Below, in pieces: positions 13,442 to 19,654 of a stretch of 19,654 bases of DNA. This stretch comes from Azolla caroliniana (Eukaryota > Plantae > Polypodiophyta), in contig JBHGNT010000596.1 in assembly GCA_043228905.1 (NCBI GenBank), positions 1 through 19,654 of the forward strand, written 5' to 3'. The number at the start of each line of letters is the position of its first letter. Position 1 is the stretch's first letter. The position numbers were made by a program, and so were the translations under genes. The notes below the pieces were generated by a model. The model saw only the letters and a program-made list of their open reading frames with translations, was not told the origin of the DNA and did not search any database.

Positions 13442-16384
13442 GTATTTTGATAACAAAATGAAAACGCTTAACACGAATTCTTTATGCATTGTAAGTTGTG
13501 TTCATAAAGACTGGTTTTTATCTGTTGTTTAGGACGTGATCAATTATCTATAGAGATGATGAAGAAATTCGAAACAAAATTGTGAAGATCTTCTTTTGCT
13601 TCTTCATTTAGGTCTTGATAAAATCCAGAATCGGATGATGAAAGAAATCATACATTGAGAGTTATATGCTTCCTTATTTGTGTAATCAATTCAGTAAAAA
13701 CACAAGTCTTTATGCGTTCAAAGTGTTCATAATACGGTTTATTTTGTCTTGTTTAGGTTTTATAAGTTCAGTATTGAGATGGATGAGTCTGAATATGATG
13801 GAAGAAACCCTAGCCTTTATGCATGGAGAGTGGTCATAATATGGTTCCTCGTCTTTATGCATTCTAAGTGATAGTATGAAGATCCTTTTTCTCTTATTTA
13901 GACTTGAACAATTCGGTAAAAAAAACCTAATCTTTATGCCTTTATGCATTGAGAGTGGTCATAATATGGTTCCTCAGTAAACATCAAGGTCTTTATGCAT
14001 TCTATAGTATGAAGATCCTTTTTCTCTTATTTAGACTTGAACAATTCGGTAAAAAAAACCTAATCTTTATGCATTGGAAGTACTTTTTCGTCTCCCATAT
14101 TCAAAAACCATCCATCTCTTTACTGAATTTTTTCCCTCACAGTCAAAACCAGTAAATCTTCTTATTGAATTGATCAAGGTAGGATGACTTCGAATATCAG
14201 GAGTCTCAACAGATCACTAAAAGAGATGAAAAACAACAAATTGATCAATAGACAGATTGATTGAATTTTGAATGTAGGAAAAACGAGTTCCCAGTGAAAT
14301 GAACCTGCGACCACTTGTTATAGTCTCGAATCATGTATCTTACGTGGATATTCTTTACCACATGTGGGTTTCATTCCCGGGTTTCGTTGCTAAGGTAAGT
14401 AAAGCACCTTAAAAAATAGATTAAGTTTCCATGTTTGTTGATTATCTCAGCACTCTTTACTTATTCCATTATTATGCTGATATGGAATTCTGATTTCTTT
14501 TCTATTGATTACTGGCTTTGGTGCTATTGATGATATAAAGAAATCTGTTGCTCATCTACCCATTGTGGGTTTAATCAGGTTGGTTTACCTAATCCATCCA
14601 TCCCCTTCTTGCGGAAAAATGTAGCGGGAAATTTGTTTCTTATGTACAAGTTTATTCTTTTTTCAGTCAATTGTTAGGATGTGTGTATGTGGAACGGGAA
14701 GACAAATTGGTCGATGTCAAAGGTGTATCGGGTATGTATGGAATTCAAAGTTTTAAGATGCATTGAATTTTTGTTGAAAATGAATTTTAAGTGATTGCTT
14801 GCTTATAAAACCCTCATAAACAATAGATTTGACAAAATTTGTGACATGCATACCATTGATTGATTTAACCAAGATTTAGCCATCCTACAAAAGGAGAGAA
14901 CATTTCGTAATGCATGGGCTAGTTATGTTTGGGATATGCAAATGTTAACTCTTATGGTGTTTCTTTGGACATGCTTAGCTTTTGATGGTATGTCCTCCAG
15001 GTATTATTCTTGAGAGAGTGCAGACAGGACAATGCGACAAGAATGCATCACCGATGCTTCTTTTTCCAGGTAATCTAAATAAGGTATATATATCATCGAA
15101 ATTTCTTGTGCACGATGCAAAACCTGATCTTTTCTCATGATGGATAGATTTCTCATGAATTGTCTGTTTTTTTTTTGGTTTTTGTTGCTTGTGACTGATA
15201 AGTTTTATGCATCATTAATATAATTTTTGCTTTTGATGGATGAAATTTTGCAATATCATGATTTTCTTTTGATTATGATGTGTGCAGAAGGAACGACCAC
15301 GAATGGTAGCTATTTGCTACCATTCAAAACTGGAGCATTTCTTGCTCGAATACCAGTGCAACCGATCATTCTAAAGTATCGTTACAGACGGTTGAGTCCA
15401 GCCTGGGACACCATATCAGGAGTAAGTATTTTTTTTCTTTTGCTATTATATATCTGCATATCTTTGTGCATCTATAATACATATACATGTGCATGTATGT
15501 GTGTGTATTTGTGTATACATGTGTACTTTTGCTATTATATGTCTGCATATCTTTGTGCATCTATACATATACATATACATGTGCATGCATGTGTATGTGT
15601 ATTTGTGTGTACATGTGTATGTGTTGGGCGTACTCGGGCATACATGTCCATTGATGTGTACATGCATCTAGACAAACACATATAGCTACTTTCACATAGA
15701 TTTAATCATTATCACAAATAGGAAATTCATAGTTGAATTGAAGTTTTGGCAGGTTCGGCATGTTATTTTGCTCCTTTGTCAATTCATTAACCATTTGGAG
15801 GTTGAGTGGCTTCCTTTATATATTCCGTCGGAAGCAGAGAAACGTGATGCAAAGTTGTATGCTAATAATGTTCGGAGGTTCATGGCCAAAGAGGTGTTTT
15901 TTTTTTTCTTGCATACATTTACAAGCTTAATGCAAGTTGTATGCTCATAATTTTCAGAAGTTCACTGTGAAAGACATGAAATTTGTTTTTGTGCATACCT
16001 TTTAAGTTTCTCGCCACATATCACACTCATTTTGTTTGATGCTTTTGTTCTGCCCCTTTTTATAGAAGAAGTGGGAATGCCTAAAAAATCTTGAGAGCCA
16101 ATCAATCTAATGTTTGATATCCATGTGGCTTAACAGGCAGGATTGGTTTTGTCTGACATAGGACTACATGAGAAAAGGATCTATCATACATTTTTGAATG
16201 GTAGCTTCCTTAACATTGAGAACATTTACAATTGTTTAAGAAAATATAATTTAGCTTCCAAAACATTAAGAAGATTTGTAATTTTGTTTAAGAAAATATA
16301 TATATGTTTTTTTTTATGCTAGATATGAAGACTTCCGGAGTTGGCTTTGGACAAAACGGTGTGAAAGCATGCAAATCTATGTAA
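12827..16384 (+). CDS. LPEAT1: Lysophospholipid acyltransferase, LPEAT1-like (PlsC/LPLAT family), complete; join(12827-13441,14278-14394,14541-14578,14667-14731,15001-15069,15288-15421,15753-15893,16137-16200,16323-16384), 434 aa
   Basis: GT-AG junctions with compatible phases, 1305 nt in total. Motifs: YLRKDAYGAMG, an N-terminal TM segment, SNHVSYVD (HxxxxD), FVAK, FPEGTTTNG, FKTGAF, LYANNVR, GLHEKRIYH. The layout matches plant LPEAT1 as I recall it, with no EF-hand tail as in LPEAT2. ATG context GCCATGG. The last exon is the least certain. Confidence 0.92.
13813..14074 (+). repeat. Intronic tandem duplication (~125-bp period, 2 copies)
   Basis: Copies start at 13813 and 13938 and are near-identical apart from two indels. 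Confidence 0.92.
14278..14394 (+). CDS. LPEAT1: LPEAT1-like exon 2 (catalytic HxxxxD)
   Basis: tgtag acceptor; RPLVIVSNHVSYVDILYHM...FVAK; gtaagt donor. Confidence 0.9.
14541..14578 (+). CDS. LPEAT1: LPEAT1-like exon 3 (38 nt)
   Basis: AAG acceptor; KSVAHLPIVGLI; gttggt donor. Confidence 0.88.
14667..14731 (+). CDS. LPEAT1: LPEAT1-like exon 4
   Basis: tttcag acceptor; QLLGCVYVERE...KGVS; gtatgt donor. Confidence 0.92.
15001..15069 (+). CDS. LPEAT1: LPEAT1-like exon 5
   Basis: ctccag acceptor; IILERV...PMLLFP; gtaatc donor. Confidence 0.92.
15288..15421 (+). CDS. LPEAT1: LPEAT1-like exon 6
   Basis: tgcag acceptor; EGTTTNGSYLLPFKTGAF...AWDTISG; gtaagt donor. Confidence 0.95.
15437..15680. 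repeat. Alternating purine-pyrimidine (TG/CA/TA) low-complexity tract containing an 89-bp tandem duplication
   Basis: CTTTTGCTATTATAT starts at 15437 and 15526; ATGTGT/ATACAT units occur throughout. Confidence 0.9.
15753..15893 (+). CDS. LPEAT1: LPEAT1-like exon 7
   Basis: ggcag acceptor; VRHVILLLCQFINHLEV...LYANNVRRFMAKE; gtgttt donor. Confidence 0.94.
16137..16200 (+). CDS. LPEAT1: LPEAT1-like exon 8
   Basis: aacag acceptor; AGLVLSDIGLHEKRIYHTFLN; G|gtagct donor. Confidence 0.9.
16323..16384 (+). CDS. LPEAT1: LPEAT1-like exon 9 (terminal, ends CKSM-stop)
   Basis: T-rich tract plus ctag acceptor; phase-1 frame open to TAA at 16382-16384. No conserved residues to anchor it. Confidence 0.65.
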
Positions 16385-16606
16385 AACGGTTCAAGAAAAA
16401 TCATGTATAAAAAAAAAAGCTCTCCTCTTTACGGATGCTAGCTGGTTCCGAGTTTCTATGCATCTTTCAAAAAACGGGTTTGTATAAGAGATGTGAGTCG
16501 TTTAACACATTCACAAAGCAAATTGTATATATATGACTTCTGAAACTTTTAACACATTTTCATAAAAGAATTGTATATAAGAGTTTTGGAATCTAATACA
16601 ATGTGC

Positions 16607-16812
16607 TAAAAAGTGAAACGAAAAACAATGATTTGAGTTGATGTTTAAGTAAAGAGTGGTTAATGGGTTTTTTTATATTATATAGCCCCTATATTTCTTC
16701 TCATGTTGAATAAAAAGTGAAATGAAAAACAATGATTTGAGTTTATGTTAAGTAAAAAATGGTTAATGAGGTTTTTTATATTATATATAGCCCTATATGT
16801 CTTATGTTGAAT
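16607..16812. repeat. Tandem duplication (104-bp period, 2 diverged copies) downstream of LPEAT1
   Basis: TAAAAAGTGAAA(C/T)GAAAAACAATGATTTGAG starts at 16607 and 16711. Confidence 0.9.
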
Positions 16813-18357
16813 CACGGTAAGGATTGCAGAGGTGTTCTTAGGGATCTCGTGGGTGTCTATTTAATGTATTATTGATTCTTTCTTTCGTAAATTCTTCAAT
16901 GGTTGGGCAAGTAGTTGTATGTTTGATTGGTGCAATCATACATTGGCTTGCATACATGATCGATATTATTGAAAATAAAGAAATAAATAAGTGACAAGAT
17001 CCCTAAACCCCAATGACATGCTATACTACTACGTATGATCTAGAGATGTACCTTGGATTAGATTAGATGTAGATGAACAGTAGTGTCTTGAAACATCAAC
17101 TTTGCCAAACCACCAAAGTCTCATAGTTTCACAGGGAACTCATAAAAGAAGGTAGCTAGTCCCACATTATAATAATATCTTAAGCCAAAGGCCCCTTGAT
17201 TGCCACGGAGGTTCCTATGTATTGTTGACCATACTACGGTTCCTCAAATCCTAGGATAATTATCTTTCCTCCTTTATTTATATATTAATGAAAAATAGGC
17301 ATCCGATCCGAACCTAAAGCTATGTCCATAACATTGCGAGTATGGATTGTAGGCCAAGCTTGAAAAGTGTCGTCGGCATTGAACCTCATCAATTTATATT
17401 GGGATTCTATTTTTGTTAGGTGATCTCATGGGCCCAAAACAAGGGGTTTTATAAGAACAATCCTAGGGAGCCTAAGAATATGGATGTCCCAAGACTTAAG
17501 TCTCAAACAAGGAAGAAGGTATTGTTTGAAGAGAAATTCTATTGAACTTTTGACAAAAAATGGCTTCATGATAGATTAATGACAATGAGTCAAAAATAGT
17601 TTGGTTTTAGACCTAATGCATCCTTAAATTAAATTTACAATGATGTATTTCTACCTTCAAGTAGGTCTATATGTATATGGTATAATCTTGGAAAGTGCAT
17701 TGGAATTTGGTGTCACCCCTCTTATCTCGAATTTGATTGTATGATGCCTCATGGAACCAAAATCCAATCTAAACATTACTATTTTGTTATAAGCTTCCCT
17801 CATTTACATGTCTTCATTCAAATTCAAAGCCACATCTGCCAAGGTTTGAAATCGCATAAATCACGAGAGACATGTTGTTCAAAATTTAGGTTGCAACTTC
17901 CCAGATTCAATAAAATGAGAGGACATGTATTCATACTCATGACCAATAACCACCTGGGTTACATCATAAACATGGGTTCACATTGTAATAATCAAGATGC
18001 TACACAAAAAAACAGAGTGCAGACATGCATGATACACATGCATAGATTGATATAAACATATTTACATGTATAATTATCCATTGTAGGTTGGGGTTGGACA
18101 TTCTTGCATTTGGCTTGGGTTATAATGTTATATAGGCCACAAAGAAACATCACAAGTTTGGACCATGGAAACCCCAAGGTTATGGCTTAGTTTGAAAGGT
18201 AAAAGGTATGAATGTTAAGTGGGAGCAACATGGATCAGAATATGTATGTAATTACAGAGTTATGGCTGGATAGGAGATGATTTGATTGTACAAAGTCCCA
18301 AGCATAAGTTGTTAGAAGCAGAAATCATGATACAAATACAGAGGTTTAATAACTGTT

Positions 18358-18543
18358 TTATACAGTTGTATCGGCGGCAGCCACGCCACCATCATGAACT
18401 TCGCCATTGGCACCACCATTACAGCAACACAAGTTATAAAGCAGAGAGAAGATGCCTTCAACAAAGAACCTAAGCAAACAGTAGAGGATACTAGTCCCTA
18501 TGAAGATCAAAATTGAAATCAACACTTTGAGAAAAGTTTCCAT
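18358..18543 (-). CDS. Candidate small membrane protein (61 aa; hydrophobic N-terminal half, CCC, Gly/Ala/acidic tail)
   Basis: ATG in AAGATGG context; protein-like domain organisation; the tail is GC-rich relative to its flanks; T-rich, TGTA-containing downstream sequence resembles a 3' UTR. No recognised homologue. Confidence 0.45.
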   Translation of the reverse strand: METFLKVLISILIFIGTSILYCLLRFFVEGIFSLLYNLCCCNGGANGEVHDGGVAAADTTV

Positions 18544-18686
18544 CTTCTACATACAATGAATTGAACTGAGATCCTTTCTTTCCTTCCCCAGTGCTTCATA
18601 AATTCAAGCCATTAAAGTATTATCCTAAGACATGGCCCCCACCGTCCCGTGTTTGGCGACTATGATTTTCTATGAGTTCTCGTGGA

Positions 18687-18807
18687 TTGCTCTCGAACTC
18701 ATGTTTTTGACTTCTCGATTGCTCTCTATCTCATGCTTTGACCTTCTCGTTTGCTCTCGATCTCAGGTTTTGACTTCTCGGTTGCGCTCGATCTCATGTT
18801 TTGACTT
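18687..18807. repeat. Minisatellite, ~4 x 31-32 bp (TTGCTCTCGATCTCATGTTTTGACTTCTCGA-like)
   Basis: Units start at 18687, 18719, 18751 and 18782. Confidence 0.92.
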
Positions 18808-19654
18808 GGCAGCATACACTTTCGATTTTATATTAAATTTGAAACCAGGCAGATCAGATTAAGAGAAAATGTGATTTTACATAATTGAAGGAATTTAGAG
18901 TATACAGATGGATCGGCACCATGGCGATTTAAAAATGTGCGGGTTTGGTGAAATTCATTAACAAAGCATGAATGCAGACTAGCCCAATGCAACAACACAT
19001 TGTTTTATTTGGTATCACTAATATTATAAAGCAACTAGCATACATACAGTATATTATGTATATATAGATTGACTTGACTGACAAACATACAGAGAATCTA
19101 GGCAGTGTTTGGATATAGATGAATTTTTCTATCATGGTTTTAAATAAAGGCAAAGAGTTCTTGAATTGAAGGATTCTGATTTTACTCTCCAAATTGATTC
19201 AGTGAGAATATTCTATCCTTCTCGATTTCCTCTCTTACATTGTCCTCCTCAAAATGCTACTCTTTTCTCTCCTCTTACTCACCCTATGCCCCATCTTAGC
19301 AAAGGCAATAAAAATGCATTGATTCCCTAATTCTTCATTACCATCTCAGATGAAGTAAAGTGCTTTCTTTCTCATGGGAGGGTGTTATCATCCAAGGAGA
19401 GACACTATCAACGAGTTTTGCCCGCCTAGCAGAGTGATCTAAATGACACAATTGTAAAATTAGTTAGACTTTATGACTACTTTAATAGGAAAAGGATCCC
19501 TTGCTCTCACATAGCCCAACAATGAGGCCATTAAGATGAAACATGGGGGATAACAACTTGCCATCTAAACCTATTTACGTGCAACAATGACTTTAGAGAG
19601 GGATAATTGTTATACTATGTAATATAGAAGAAGAATTCCTACATGGCAAAACCT

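Noticed and set aside
15366-15685. Cys/His/Tyr-rich ORFs and the read-through of exon 6
   Set aside because: Translation artefacts of a low-complexity intronic repeat after a strong GTAAGT donor.
17741-18177. 104-aa and 61-aa ORFs
   Set aside because: Composition is typical of random AT-rich DNA, with no motifs or supporting gene structure.
18687-18807. CRISPR-like array of 32-bp repeats
   Set aside because: The units are contiguous with no unique spacers, there are no cas genes, and the context is eukaryotic.
19300-19654. Possible L1-type RT remnant on the minus strand (LSPMF, LDD-like fragments)
   Set aside because: Too degenerate to support by eye; it would need BLASTX or an HMM search.

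Overview
This is AT-rich land-plant nuclear DNA with spliceosomal introns, not prokaryotic sequence. From left to right it contains: (1) a decayed Ty1/copia LTR retrotransposon on the minus strand (5' LTR ~3831-4771, tRNA-iMet PBS 3819-3830, broken gag-PR-IN-RT-RNaseH running off the left edge), which probably lies in an intron; (2) the last seven coding exons of a GH47 class I alpha-1,2-mannosidase (MNS1/MNS2-like, + strand, 5910-11468), whose introns hold MITE-like repeats and a decayed sense-strand RTE/RTEX-like LINE (~7945-10467); (3) a complete 9-exon LPEAT1-like lysophospholipid acyltransferase (+ strand, 12827-16384, 434 aa by my splicing); (4) a candidate 61-aa membrane microprotein gene (minus strand, 18358-18543) with a 32-bp minisatellite upstream. 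The most notable signal is a short mobile unit equivalent to the LINE 3' terminus (hairpin plus TTTC tail). It has inserted into both the copia LTR and the older LINE's RT region, each time flanked by the same AGAAGAAA octamer. I see no convincing wholly new multi-gene system. All calls come from manual reading; no searches were run.
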